Of a stretch of DNA of 64,000 nucleotides, positions 43,425 to 60,480 are shown piece by piece. Position numbers and translations under genes: made by a program. Positions within the stretch are counted from its first letter, which is position 1, and each line of letters opens with the position of its first letter. The notes beneath the pieces were generated by a model. It saw only the letters and a list, made by a program, of their open reading frames with translations. It made no database searches and was not told the origin of the DNA. This DNA comes from the human T2T-CHM13v2.0 reference genome, Homo sapiens. The stretch lies in assembly GCF_009914755.1 (NCBI RefSeq), contig NC_060936.1; one strand, 5' to 3'.

Positions 43425-44971
43425 TATCCTTTTGTTTTATAAGTTAATCCCTCTGATTAAGGATAATACTGGCTTCTTCATTTCTAGTCACACACTCTTT
43501 GAAAGCTATTTCTTTTTTAAATAAGATAAGATTTAAATAAAAAGATATGGTAGTTGATAGCTTTTTTTTTTAATTTCAAAGTTTTTCTAGCAGATCTTAA
43601 ATTATTATGAATTGTCATAATTTTACACACTGGGATAGGTAAAGTAGCCCAATTAGAAAGAAAACAGCAGGACAACTGAATAAAAGCTCAACTAATTTAA
43701 AGAGGACTCATGATTTTTATCAATCCTCTCCTAAAGGTATCCAGTGGGATTGACCTGAACTTCAGTTCTAACCCACAGATGTTGGAGACTGGGACAGAGG
43801 GAACATGTGCTAACAGTAGAAATGGAGTTTGAGGCACTCTGTTTAACCTGACTTAAGCAGAATCAAGGCATAGAATGTCTCTGGTCGATAAAGGCAGACT
43901 GAAGTCTTCAAGAGCAGGCAAAACATCTTAACCATCTTTGGATCTTTGTATCCTAAGATGTTCAAAAAACTTGTTAATGTCAACATCAAAACAATTTCAA
44001 CTTCTACTCTACCACTATATATATGTACTACTGTTATGCATTATGCCTTAGGATCAGTGAATCAGTATTTGGGAGCTTTTTTTTTAAAGTATAAAAATAA
44101 CAGATGGTATTTACAAGTGTGACATAATTCTAAGAGTTTTGTGAATATTCCAAATTAGTTGCTATGATTCTTAGCCCTCTTTCCCATAGTTAACAAATTG
44201 TATCATAATGCTGTTGGATAAAAGTAAGATTAGTTGAGTTCAAATTTTCAATCTATTTTAATTTAGTTATGAAAATATTTGGAAACATTGGTTTTTTAGC
44301 TTTTACTAGTAATGTTTACAGAAACATATTAATGTGCTAATAACCTTTTTGTAACTTCCAAGTCCTCTTACTCGTGTATTATTTGAGGCATTAGACCTTT
44401 TCTACTTGAGAAAATAAATTATGATCTTACTGATTTTAAAATTTTAGAGTAGAACTTTAAGTTCATATTTATTTTCTTTGATTTTGTATTTCACCTCTTT
44501 AAAGTAGAATGTACCTTTGCCTTGCACCTTGAGCAGTACAGGATTCCTGTAATAACCACACAATTTCCATTAATTATTTAAGTTCATTAGTTGCATTAAT
44601 AATACATTATCATAAAAAAGACCTATCAACAGGGTTAGCCAGCTCTAAATATAATTTTTATTTTGAGCCCTTAAGAGTAATTGTAGTTGTTGTGATGATT
44701 GGAGTCCCAATATATTGATCTTCAATGGACACCATCTTTTTCTATTTTATTTAAAGGCTGTTTTGATAGTTCTTAGCAAACTGTCCTGATTTGCAGTGAC
44801 AACCAGATTCTAAAGCTTCTTAGTCTCCCTCAACTAAAGTCAATTCCTAGAATGGTATCTGCAGGAGAATTACAGCAACTATACTGAAACATTGATGTTG
44901 TGTGCATCTTGCTATTTTTATATGTTAGTTGATACTCTTGGTCAAAATTTTAGAGCTAGAAGGAACCCTGG

Positions 44972-45108
44972 GGTCCACAGAAGTGAACACAAATCTATTT
45001 GATTTCCTTGAAGCATTTTTGACCCCCTTAAAAGCCGTTGGATCCATGTGGAAGAAAGACAGTAAGAGAGTGGCTCTTTAGTACAAGATTAGCATGTTTA
45101 TAGTATTT
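44972..45108 (+). repeat. 137-bp dispersed direct repeat, copy 1 (copy 2 at 47134-47270)
   Basis: Ungapped alignment with 6 mismatches in 137 nt. Confidence 0.95.
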
Positions 45109-45981
45109 GAACGTGCAATGGGGGAAGGGCTAGAGGAAGGGGATCATATGCACCCTTTAAAGAATCTCTTTTGAGCAGAGGATATTTCTGAGAAGCATGG
45201 ATTCTCAAAGTAAGAACAGTAGATCTAGTCTTCACCTTTCGTTTCTCAAATGCAGAAGCATAGGCTCAGAAAGGTGAGATGATTTGCCTAAACCTACATA
45301 GCTTGCCTTTTAACTTTTCTTGAAGTCATGAAATGTCTCCTTTGAATTTGAAGAATCCAAGGATGCACTGTGGAAGTTCCAACTAATGTGACTTCGTAGT
45401 GCATCTAAAGGTTACTTAGGAAAAAAATGCAACACTGTTCTGTATAGCATAGTTACTGATGGCACCACCAAATTGGTGACACTCAAAGATACTCACTGAG
45501 AAGAACTTGACAACATCTGTATTTTAGCCATTCTATAAAGATGGAGCATGGATATGGGCCTTGTGCTAGTGAAACTGACATTCTGGCGGGGGACAGGCAG
45601 TAAACTAGTAAACAAAAAATACCCAGATATTGGTAAGTTATCATGCAGATAACTAAAATAAGATATTGTGATAGCAAGTTACATTAGGTAGCCAATGGAG
45701 GTCCCTTGAAGTGTGGTGGCACTTAAGTTGATATCTGTTGACCAGAAAGTCTTCCAAACAGGGTTCAGTGAATTTAGCTTTCTAGGCAAGGAGAATAGCT
45801 GTGTAGAAGCCTTGAGGCAAATATAGGGTTGTATATTTAAGGAATGGAAGGTCAGTATGGCTGGAGAATTAGTGGATGAGGAAGAAAATGGTAACAGATG
45901 AGGTAGGGCCCAAATAATAGGACTTTGAAAGCCAGGTAAATGTTTGGAGTTTATTCTTGGTGTGATTGGAAGCCGTTGAAG

Positions 45982-45983
<2 letters not shown>

Positions 45984-46018
<35 letters not shown>

Positions 46019-46520
46019 TTTAAATTATACTTTAAGTTTTAGGGTACATGTGCACATCGTGCAGGTTAGTTACATACGTATACATGTGCCATGCTGGTGC
46101 GCTGCACCCACTAACTCGTCATCTAGCATTAGGTATATCTCCCAATGCTATCCCTCCCCCCTCCCCCCTCCCCACCACAGTCCCCAGAGTGTGATATTCC
46201 CCTTCCTGTGTCCATGTGATCTCATTGTTCAATTCCCACCTATGAGTGAGAATATGCGGTGTTTGGTTTTTTGTTCTTGCGATAGTTTACTGAGAATGAT
46301 GGTTTCCAATTTCATCCATGTCCCTACAAAGGACATGAACTCATCATTTTTTATGGCTGCATAGTATTCCATGGTGTATATGTGCCACATTTTCTTAATC
46401 CAGTCTATCATTGTTGGACATTTGGGTTGGTTCCAAGTCTTTGCTATTGTGAGTAATGCCGCAATAAACATACGTGTGCATGTGTCTTTATAGCAGCATG
46501 ATTTATAGTCATTTGGGTAT
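45984..46520 (-). mobile_element. 5'-truncated young L1 (L1PA2-like) 3' end with (TAA)n tail, inserted in L2
   Basis: ORF2 C-terminus (...KTKHRIFSLIGGN*, 46229-46471) plus 3'UTR. The sense strand has GATGACGAGTTAG (GAG, not the L1HS-Ta ACA). Confidence 0.92.
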
Positions 46521-47133
46521 GGAAGGAGACATGATCTGATTTACATTTTTAAAGTCCACCCTACTTATGAAGGATGGAATATAGGAGAGCAGGAGTGGAA
46601 ACAGGGAAACCAGTTAGGAAGCTGCTGTCGTAGTTTGGTAAGGTTTGGGTTAGTGTTAGTAGTAGCTATAGATAAAGGGGAGCCCATGTGGGATTCATTC
46701 TTGGGTTGGAGTTTAGAGAGCTTACTGATAGATTGGAGGGGAGGGAGAACAAGAAATCAAGGGTTATTCTGGGTTTTTATCTTGAGAAACTGGATGGTGT
46801 CTTTACAGAGATGGGGAACAGTTGAAGTCAGGCTTTGATGACCTGATGTCTGAGACTTGGTCTCCTTAACGGAGATTTGCTGGAAGACTTAGGGCAAGTA
46901 TCTTGACTTCTTTAAAAAAAAACTTATCCCATCGGTAAAATGAGGGCTGTACACTGGAAATTCTTTTAAAGTCTCTTCTATTTTTAGCATTTTTGAGCTG
47001 GGGATTGATTTTAATGTAGGATATTCTGTGGAAATACAAGAGCAGGCTTTATCAAGAGGAGATAGGATGGGCAAACAAGCCCTGATGGGAGACCAGGACT
47101 GCCAGTGTTTTCTAAGCTTCCTGTGTCGTCACC

Positions 47134-47270
47134 GGTCCACAGAAGTGAATGCAAATCTATTTGATTTCCTTGAAGCATTTTTGACCCCCTTAAAAGCTGT
47201 TGGATCCATGTGGAAGAAAGACGATGAGAGAGTGGCTCTTTAGTACAAGATTAGCATGTTTATAGTATTT
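47134..47270 (+). repeat. 137-bp dispersed direct repeat, copy 2
   Basis: Matches 44972-45108 at ~96%. Confidence 0.95.
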
Positions 47271-47376
47271 AATTTAACCAATATTTATCATATGCTTACT
47301 AAGTGTTGGATGAGACCTGAAAGTCAGCTCTGGGCTCTGTTAAATTAAGGTAACTTTTTTTTTTTTTTTTAAATAG

Positions 47377-47493
47377 CAAAAGCAGACATGTGTCAATTTA
47401 AATTCTACATCTATGTATTTGGTAAGCGGAGGCCTAAATAACACTGTTAATATTTGGGATTTAAAATCAAAAAGAGTTCATCGATCTCTTAAG
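47377..47493 (+). CDS. NEDD1: NEDD1 coding exon: QKQTCVNLNSTSMYLVSGGLNNTVNIWDLKSKRVHRSLK
   Basis: Poly-T + aaatag| acceptor; 117 nt, phase 0; WD repeat signature (VNIWD); donor AAG|GTAAGC. Confidence 0.96.
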
Positions 47494-49731
47494 GTAAGCA
47501 ATTTAAAAAAAATCTTCACGAAAAAATGGATATCTTAATGCATTTAGAGTACTTACCAAGCTTTTATTTTTGAGCTTTTATGATAAAAATAAGAGGCTTC
47601 AGAATTGAACTAAGATTTGTTAGGGAAAATAAAGGTGCTATTTAGCCAAAAACTTATTTTTATGTCTTTTTTCTTACATGTGTAGCATTAATGCATATGA
47701 TCAACATTTACAACTTTTTTCTTGTTTTTTATTTAGTTCTACTCTTATTTGAATGAACCACTTCACTCATTTTTTCCTAAACTATGGTGTGTGGTCATCA
47801 GGGATCTTTCCTTAGGGCCAGGTGGAAAAAATGAGAGTTGTTTTGTGATGATAGTATTCAATACAGTAATCAGAGTTGGGTCAGCTTTTTAGTTATGTAG
47901 TATATTTGGCTGCTCTTGTTTGTGTTTTTTTTTTGTGTGTGTGTGTTTGTATTTTTAACTTGGTAATATTTTGTAAACTAATTTACTATTTACAATTAAT
48001 GTTTCTTTAATAATTAGCTTTTTGTAGTTTCAGAAAATAAAAATATTCAGCACAAGAAAGTCTATGGTCTTTTTTTTGGAATTCTACTTTTCATTATATT
48101 GTCTTTTTAATATTTAGAAGTTGATCTTAAAATTAATTTTTGTCTTAAAAAAGTTTTAATATAAACATATTTATATCTACACACATACACAGAGGAAGAA
48201 CTTTCTTTAATCCATCTCCCATGTAAGCTTCACTTACCCCATCCCTGCATGGCAAAATTTGATGATTTTTTCCATTTTCAGCTTTCTCAATTACTCTGGA
48301 TGGTTTTCTGTCTTTTCGGTGTGAAATTCGTAATGTTTAGCTCCCTCATTCATTCTGTTAATGAATATTTTGACTACTTGTGATAGTGGGAAATCTAATC
48401 TTTTACCTTTGGATCTCTACAGTCGTCTCCCTGGTGATTAACACAATTTCTGGCACTTAGTAGGTTCTTAGTAAATGTTTGCTGAATGACTTATTCTCCA
48501 CAGTTGAAATTAGGAAGACACTTGCCTCTTTATAAAGTCATAGAAATTACATTGGACCCCATGTTCTTAATTTCCCAAATGGGAACGATACCCAGAACGT
48601 CTGCTCTTCCTTTTTTCTTTTCATCAAACATTTTTTCCTCAAGATAGCAAGTGTTCCTTGGTTTTGGGAAAGGAATAATAGGTAAAGAAATCTCTGAAAA
48701 TACTTGAAGGACCACTTGAAAAAGTTGTAATATAAGTGGAATATCATAGCTATTATTCTTGCTGTTACATAAATAATTATTAGATACAGGGCTTAGTTTG
48801 TTTGTATTATTGAGATATGGCATCTTCCTGTTAAAAACTCTTCTCCCAATTTTGGTCACTTTTCTCTCCTGCTGGACATCTCTAATTTGATGTTGGAAAA
48901 CATAGTCCTTGTGAACTCAGTTTGTTTAAAACCTGAAAGTTTTACTTCCTCAAAGTGTATTCCTAATTGGATTTGAGAGGCAGCCTGGTATAGTGGAAGG
49001 AAGAGAGGCTTTGGAGTTTGACATGGAATTGAGTCCTGGCCCTGTCACTTAGCAGTTACGTGAGCTTGCGCAGGTTTCTTAACCTCTCAGTGTCTCATGT
49101 ACTTCATTTATAAAATGGGCAAAATGACCTTGCCCCTCAGGCTTTTCTAAGCATTAAATAATATATAAAGCTCCCAGCACTAGTAGGTTCTCAGCAAATG
49201 GAAGCAGTTTCTGTTATCTCACAGATGCCTTGCTCATTTGTTTTTCCCACTCCTCCATTTTGCAATGTCTGGTTTCTTTCCCCTTCCCATGATTTTTCTC
49301 TTTTCTCTAAGGTTGAACTCCAGCTTTATGTCTTCCATAAAGTTTCCTCTGCCAACTTCATTCACAGTAGCTCTTTCTCTTTCCTCTGACACTTTGCTTC
49401 CATCATTCATTTAGCATATTCTCTGCCATTTTCATGTTAAAGCAGAAACTCAAAATAGTCAACTTGCAATACCTGTTATTTGTCAGAGGAAGTGAATTCT
49501 TTAAGGAAGACATAATGCCATGTAGAAAATTACCTGTCCATAATCTCTCTCTCTCGTAAAGTGCCTGGACCATTTTTATCATTATTGAAAATAATTCTCT
49601 GTATATTTGAGGAAAATGTTAAAGCAAATATTAGATTGATAAATACATAATGTATGGTATTTACAGAAACATGAAAATGGGCTGTTCGAGGATTATGGGG
49701 CAGTGTACTTACTTTCATTTCTCTCTTTCAG

Positions 49732-49872
49732 GATCATAAAGATCAAGTAACTTGTGTAACATACAATTGGAATGATTGCTACATTGCTTCTGGATCTCTT
49801 AGTGGTGAAATTATTTTACACAGTGTAACCACTAATTTATCTAGTACTCCTTTTGGCCATGGTAGTAACCAG
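49732..49872 (+). CDS. NEDD1: NEDD1 coding exon: DHKDQVTCVTYNWNDCYIASGSLSGEIILHSVTTNLSSTPFGHGSNQ
   Basis: ttctctctttcag| acceptor; 141 nt, phase 0; donor CAG|GTACAG. Confidence 0.96.
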
Positions 49873-50845
49873 GTACAGTATGAGTTTATTCAGAGTAAAA
49901 TTGGTAAGATAGATTTTGAATTGTATCTTACATAAGACTGTGAATTTAAGTTTTTGAAATGCTTGATTGAAAAACTTCAGCTATTTTTAAATGGTAGTGT
50001 TTTAAAATATTCAGATAGCAAGCTAATTCATACTAGATTATGGTGCTTATATAAATTTGATTATGTAATCAAATAGTCACATCCTTCTAGACTATAACTA
50101 TATACAGCATAATAAAATACAAATAGTTGTTAATAGGTTAAATGTAAAAAATGGATATTAATCTTTCTACAGCATTACTGTTATAGAAATGTGTCACATA
50201 GCTCAGATTTTGTCAGCTGCAAGACAGATACACTCATAAATACTGTTTTGTGGACATGGAATGATTGAGTGTGTTTAGGCAGAGAGTAATTTAAGTTTTG
50301 CATTTTTGTTTTTGTAGGTATATGATAAAGTATCGAAGCTTATATATTTCAGGTTAATATAAGAGTGTTTTGGGAAACTTTTTAAAAGGAAAATAAGTCA
50401 ATTTTTTTCCTCTATAAAAAATGTTCAAAAGAATAAATTCAGTTTTTCAAGGAACCTAACTCTTGGTTGACTTTCCATAAGATTCGCCATAGAAATTTCC
50501 CATGAGGTGCAAGTTCTTTCAATTTTTACTTAATTGTAATCTCTTTGGCCATAACTATTATAAAATATGGGAGATCTTCACTTTTGGGAAGTAGTTTTTT
50601 TAAATTATTACTTGAATAGTATTTAGTGCTTAAAAAATTTAGTGGATATGAAAAGCATACAGGAAAAAGTCTTTTTTAAGTTTCATATATATTGGGGAAT
50701 AATACAGATATATAAATGGTATTATGAGTAAGTGATATAAAACAGTCTTATGGTGATTCAGAACAGCTGAGAGAAGACTATCTGGGAATAAAATAGGGAA
50801 AATTGAAAGGGTTGGGGAGTTTCAGCTACGTCTAAGGCTTATTGA

Positions 50846-51228
<383 letters not shown>

Positions 51229-51409
51229 GGGTTAGTCTTTTTCACGTGTCCACATTATTGGTGGAACCATGGCCTGTTTCTTTGTCCTCAGTCTATTTTC
51301 TAGTTTCTTGCCTTACATGGAGAAGATGTATAATAAATATTTGAATGTATGAATATTTTTAGAGATGACAAAGATTTTGTTAGGCAAATATAAAGCTTTA
51401 GAAGAGGGA

Positions 51410-51793
<384 letters not shown>

Positions 51794-52379
51794 TAAGACT
51801 GAATGTCACACAAAAGACTTGTTTTGGAAGGTATTTAGGGAAATTAATCAGAGTTTTTAATTAGTTGAATGTCAGAATCATAGAATCCTTGAACATTAAA
51901 AATAGCCTTTAGAGGTAATCTCGCTTTCTGCATTTTATGGATGAAGATAAATGATTTGCCAAAGGGATGCTCTTTAGAATGTGCTAATATTGTCATAAAA
52001 GCAGGAACTTATTATATTTTGTTTTGGTGATTTCTTTTTTATTTATATTTTGATAAAGGAGAGACATAAAGTCTAAGCCTATAAACTTTGGAACTATTGT
52101 GAAAAAAATCATTAATGTTCAAATATCTTTTTTAAGGACATAGAGTAACTTTCTTTTTTTGTGTGTGTTAGAAGCATGACAAATTTATAAATTTTGGACT
52201 GACTTTTCAATACCATAAAAATTAGACCAGATACTACTATGTATATTCTTATACTTCAATTTTTATGCTTATTGTATCTTGCTAGAGAGTTTTCTTATTA
52301 AAATCAGACATGAAGGAATATTCCTGAAAACATTAGGTTTGACTATACCTTTTGGCCTAATTTTGTGTAAAAGATTTAA

Positions 52380-54715
<2,336 letters not shown>

Positions 54716-56448
54716 GCTGTATATTGTGGGCAGATTTTACTATTTATGTTGGAAGTTTTACATCATTTAGCTCCTATAATTCATATTTATTCATCCTAGA
54801 TGAAAGTAGCAATAAGCAATAAGTATACAGTTAACCAAACAGAATGTTGAGTGCTGTGAAAGCAATAAACTGCGGAGTTCCAAGGGAACCTAAAGGAGAG
54901 ACACCTAAGCCATTTGGGAAGAATGGAAAAGCATTTTAAAGGAAATGATGTCTCAGTGGTAGCCTGAGGAAAAGTCCAAGTTATTCAGACCTGGGTTTTT
55001 GGGGAGGGACCAGAGAATGTGGTGAGAGGATTTGGAGAGCATTGTAAGCAGAGGTTATCACAGCATAGAATGCTTACCACCATTTATTGTGTTTCAGCAC
55101 TGTGATCATTGCATTGAATTACATTGTCTCGTTTAATCTTTGCTACTAACTTGTGAGGTATATGTTCTCATTTTACAAATGAGAAAACAGATTCCAGGAC
55201 TTTCAGATCATACAACTCTTAATTGACTATTTTACATATCAGCTCTTCAGAAGTGGTAGCATTTTCTTTTGCATATCTAGCTCAGGAGCAGCTGAATATA
55301 TAAGGGTTTGAGGGTGAAAAGCTTCTGGAAACTTTACACTATTTTCTTGTCTCTTTGTGCAGGAGTCCAACATGTACCTATACCTCTTCCTCACACCAGT
55401 ATCTTTTAAAATTCTATGTGATAGGTTGCTGTATTGTTAATTTTGAAAGGATTTTCATTGATAACTGCACAGGGAACTGAATTAAATATATCTTTTAGTT
55501 TAGGAAAACAGTAATGCTCAAAGCTTATCTCTTATCTAAGATCAGATAAACTAGAACTTGAGATCTTCATGGGCCTGCTGCCTCCTGCTTGGGCATTCTG
55601 CATCTCTGTAGGATCTTCTGATGTAGATTTACGTGGTAAGTCCCACATTTATTTGGAGAGCACTAGGAGTAAAGCACCTTAGCTAGCTCAGTGAACTTGA
55701 ACAAGTTACTTAACTCTCAAGCCTCCTTTTCCTTATCTTTCAAGTGAGAATAATATACTTTCAAAGGGATTTTTTTTTTTGATGGCTAAATGAGATGGTG
55801 AGTGTGTTTATCACATTGCCTACCATTTGGTAAGAGGTCAGTGGATGTTAGCTATTACTGTGAGCTTTTAATGAATACCAATCCATTAAAATACCTTTTG
55901 TGATTTACTTCTCTAAAATGGTTTGAGCATCTTTAGATTTAATGTGTTCCCTCCAAACCCAGTTGCAACTTGACCCCAGTGATCATATTTTGTGTTTTAG
56001 ACTGATTTAAAAATGAGAGCATTAAAGAGGGTGAAAAATTTGACTAGAGTCTGTTGGTTTTTTTCCCCTTTCCCTGGAACAAATGGTTATGTTTGTTTTG
56101 TGTACCATTTTATTTCATTTTTCTTCAATAAGTTATACCATTAAAACAGAATACATGGGCTAGGAAATGCAAGTTGGCTTCTGCTGGTAAGGATGCAGTC
56201 CCAGTTTTCTTAGTGAGGAAAGACAGTTTTCATGATTTTACATACTTATGTTTTCCTTTTATGGGCAGCATAATTTAAACCTTTGGAATTTTTTTTTTTT
56301 TTCAAATTAGTTTTTTTTCCTGCAAGCAGTACTGCCTGTTTTATCTGATTGTGGCCCAAAGCATCGAATTGCTACTTAATGAATGTTTATTAATTAAAAA
56401 AAGTTTTGTTAAGATTTCTCAAAATTCAGTTCAGTTTAAAAATATCGT

Positions 56449-56725
56449 GGCCAGGCACAGTGGTTCACACCTGGAATCCCAGCACTTTGGGAGGCCAAGG
56501 CAGGCAGATCACTTGAGCCCAGGAGACCAGCCTGGGCAACATGGTGAAACGCCATCTCTACAAAAAATACAAAAATTAGCCAGGTGTGGTGGTGCGCGCC
56601 TATAGTCCTAGCTACTGAGGAGGCTGAGGTGAGAGGAGAGATTGAGCCTGGGAGGTTGAGGCTGCAGTGAGCCATGACTGTGCTGCTGCACTCCAGCCTG
56701 GGTGACAGAGCGAAAAAAAAAAAAA
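56449..56725 (+). mobile_element. AluJ
   Basis: GAGCCTGGGAGGTTGAGGCTGCAGTGAGCCATGA. Confidence 0.88.
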
Positions 56726-58401
56726 TTGTATGTGTGTGTGTGTGTATAATATATATCATGTTCATTTAAACAGTGTTCATAAAAATTTCAAATCTGTCAA
56801 AAAGTTGACATAATTGAATTCAGTCTGTTACTTAGGCCAATTTCTGTGATCAATTTTACTTATTGAGAAAAATGGTAAATAGGGCACATCCATGATTAAA
56901 TTAAAAATTTTTCTACTTTTGCTTCTATGAACAATCACAAATTTCAAATCTTTAAAAATGATCAAATTAGTGTCTTAGTGAAAGTGATAGGAATGTGGAA
57001 TCTCACAGAATCTGCATCATACTGAATTGTATATATTGAAATAAGATTTCCTGAGTATATTTAGAATCCAACTTTGAAATGTCTGAGCTGAATTAAAGTT
57101 ATTAGCTTTATGTGGATCACAGTGTCTTTCTACAGGGGAAAAGAGCCTTGCTGCTTCTGCAGAACTCCTGGGCTGACAGACTACTTAGGTTATAATTGCA
57201 TGTCACTCTTTAGCAAGTTTAGCATCTTAGGCTCACAAATAGGTTAACTTGTGTTATCTTTCTCAAGCTGCAGCCTTTTCCAAAGCAATTACAAATGTCA
57301 ATCTATTGTATTGATTCCTTAGATTAAAAAATGATCTTTAAATGTAGGTTTTCTGTGACATTTCAGTATATGTTATTCAGTATATGTTAAATCCATTTGC
57401 TTTTCCTAAATGAAATGTTTTATGTATAGATTTTGTAAGCATTAATAGTCTGCTTGAGTATGGAGATCTGATAAATGTAAATATTAATTACATTTTTAGA
57501 AATAATAGTTTTCTCAAGAATGAATCTATTCTAAATTGGTTTATTTCATTGACTGGTTATATTTATACCAGAATTGCAGCACTCAAAAACTTTGACTACA
57601 AAGACTTTTTATCTAGAAGTGGTCTTTTTTATGTTATATAGGAACATTGGTATAAAATGTTTATATGATAACATTTCTTTGATTCTCTATATATTTCTGT
57701 AGTATTGGTATACACTTGACTAGCCTATATAATATGTTCTTGAGCAATTTTATAATTGACATGTAGGCATAAAATAAATGGATAATCTGTATATTTCTTC
57801 TTAAAGACTTTTCTCCTTCTATTTTTCTCTTCTAAATTTTCTTCAGTAGAAAGCTATTTGAAAGTTGTTTTCTAACAGTGTTTCTATGTATAGCTCTGTC
57901 TTCTGTCCATATAGTTATACTCATTCTGTTTGTCCAATCATGTTTTCTGCCTGTTCTCATTAGTGATCTACCCTGGGTATCCTCATATTATTAGTCTTCA
58001 TAACCATAATTTTTAATGACTGGATGTATTTCATTATTCAATGCCATCATTTACCTAAAAATCCTCTATTGTTTTATTTTCCAAATTTTTATAATAAATG
58101 AGCACATGTTAATATTGTTTTCATAAGTATGTATCTTCTGATTTTTGATTCTTTTCTTTGAGAGTACAAGTTCTCTTTCAATGTAATTTAGTAGCAGGCT
58201 TACATTTCCTTTAAGGAGCTTAAGTGTTACCCTATTATCTTTGGTCTCAAATGTGTGACGTGATTTCATAGCTTTTGAAACCCTTTTAAGTCACTAGTTT
58301 TTTATTCCTAGGTTATTCAAAGGAATTTTTTTTTTCTTTAAAGCCACGTAATTTTTCTAGAATATGTCTTGATGTTGGTCATTATGTATTGCTATTGTTA
58401 G

Positions 58402-58724
<323 letters not shown>

Positions 58725-59263
58725 CATAGTGTGTTTCTTAATATGTAGTTTCAAGTCTTTTTTTATTTTTGGAAATTTTTCTTAAATTATAATTTTTAGT
58801 ATTCTTTTTCTCTCTTTGGATTTTTTGTTGTTGCATTTTCTTTGCTTATCTTCAGTGGTTTATCATTTTTTCTCAAGTGTTTTTAAACTTTTTTGTTATT
58901 TCTTTTTGATTTTTAAAAATTTCTTTTTAACCTGTCTTTAAGGTATTGTCTGTTGTGTTTATTCATTTTTGAATTCCTTCTAAATTAGCCTTCATTTTTG
59001 AAGAGATTTAAAAAATTTCTAATTCTTTCCCAAGTTCTGACATCTCTTTTCTGAGTTTTAAATTTATGTTTTTTTTCTTAATGTCTTGTATTTTTTTTTT
59101 CTTTCTGATCTTCTGTTGAGAACGTTTTTCTCCTTGTTCTCTTTGTTTTCATAAGTTTGTGTGGGATATATCTGTGAAATTAGTTTTAGCTTCCCTGAAC
59201 TTCTAGACAAAAGGAGGTCAAAGTGGCTTTTCTAACTTCACAGAGCTCCCTATTGTTTTCATG

Positions 59264-59298
<35 letters not shown>

Positions 59299-59849
59299 GT
59301 GTATATATATATATATATATATTTTTTTTAATGGCTGCTTGCTTTCTGGGGTTCCCTGACTCTGCTCTACTTTTCCACCTGTCTGTGAACCTTTGTTGCC
59401 TCCATCCTGTTCAGGTTTGCTTCCACTTCTAGCAGATCTCCTCAGTGTGGGGCTCTGACCTGAGAGGGACACACTTTGGCTGGTCAGTTTTGGAATTCTC
59501 TGGCTAAACTGCTCTTGTCTTGACCTTCCTGCAAACCTGTAGCACAGACCTGTTAATGAAGTGGATATTCTGGGTTTTGACTGAGGTTGTAAAATTGGCC
59601 ACCATGCTTTTCTGTGAATACCTTTTGGCTGTTATGGGCTGCTTCTGTTCTCAGATCTGTCACAGATTCCTTGTTATTCCTTCTACTTCCTTCTGCACAG
59701 ACACCAGTACCATGAAGGACTTATGGCTGTTAATTGTTTGACCTCTCAGCATGTGTTTGGGGGTTCATGGGGATACCTCATCATCTAGTTTGTTGTAAAT
59801 GTTGTCCGTGGGATTTTAGTTTTTGGTCATCTAGTTTATTATCTGTTGT

Positions 59850-59852
<3 letters not shown>

Positions 59853-59922
<70 letters not shown>

Positions 59923-59928
59923 TCTCAC
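59853..59928. repeat. (CA)n(CT)n compound microsatellite
   Basis: Direct observation; another (CA)n(TA)n lies at 59264-59322. Confidence 0.95.
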
Positions 59929-59932
59929 ATGC

Positions 59933-60480
59933 TGTGTTGGGGATTTCTAAGACCAGATTTGGTCATTCTCTAGGAGAACTCACAGGATTCTGTATATAGT
60001 CATACTCATGGCTATGATTTATTTTATAGTGAAAGAATACAAAGCAAAACCAGCAAAGAGAAAAGTGCATGGGGTGAAGGCCATAGGAAACCAGATGTTA
60101 ACTTCCAAGGGTCTTCTCCTAGAGTAGATGTGCTTAACCCCTTCCAGGACCAAATTGTGACAACATATATGAAATGTTGTCTACCAGGGAAGCTAGTTAG
60201 AGCCTCAGTGCCCAGGGTTTTTATTGGGGGGGCTGGTTATATCTAGGAGTCCACTGCCTAACACATACCAAAATTCCAAACTCCCAGAAGGAAATTAGGT
60301 GTTCAGCTGTGGTTCAGCCTTAAACCATATCTATCACAAATAAGTTTAGGCAGAGTGAGTGAGCCACTCTTACGAGTTAAGGCAGTGGGACCCCTTCCAA
60401 AACCCAAGTTCGCAGATGCTAGCCAAGGACCAACCCTGAGTGTGGGACTTTTTAAAGATAGACAGTCTCAGGCCTGCTTT
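59933..60480 (-). mobile_element. MER21/MER77-like ERVL LTR
   Basis: actcacagga...atatagtcatactcatggctatgatttatt...gaaagaatacaaagcaaaaccagcaaag; ctcagtgcccagggtttttattgggg. Confidence 0.7.

Noticed and set aside
46229-46471. 80-aa ORF on the - strand
   Set aside because: It is the C-terminus of L1 ORF2 in a 5'-truncated element with no promoter.
47134-47270. The duplicated 137-mer as an intronic H/ACA snoRNA and its retrocopy
   Set aside because: Size and position are suggestive, but I see no convincing double hairpin, no terminal ACA box, and no poly(A)/TSD on the copy. An Rfam/snoGPS scan would settle it.
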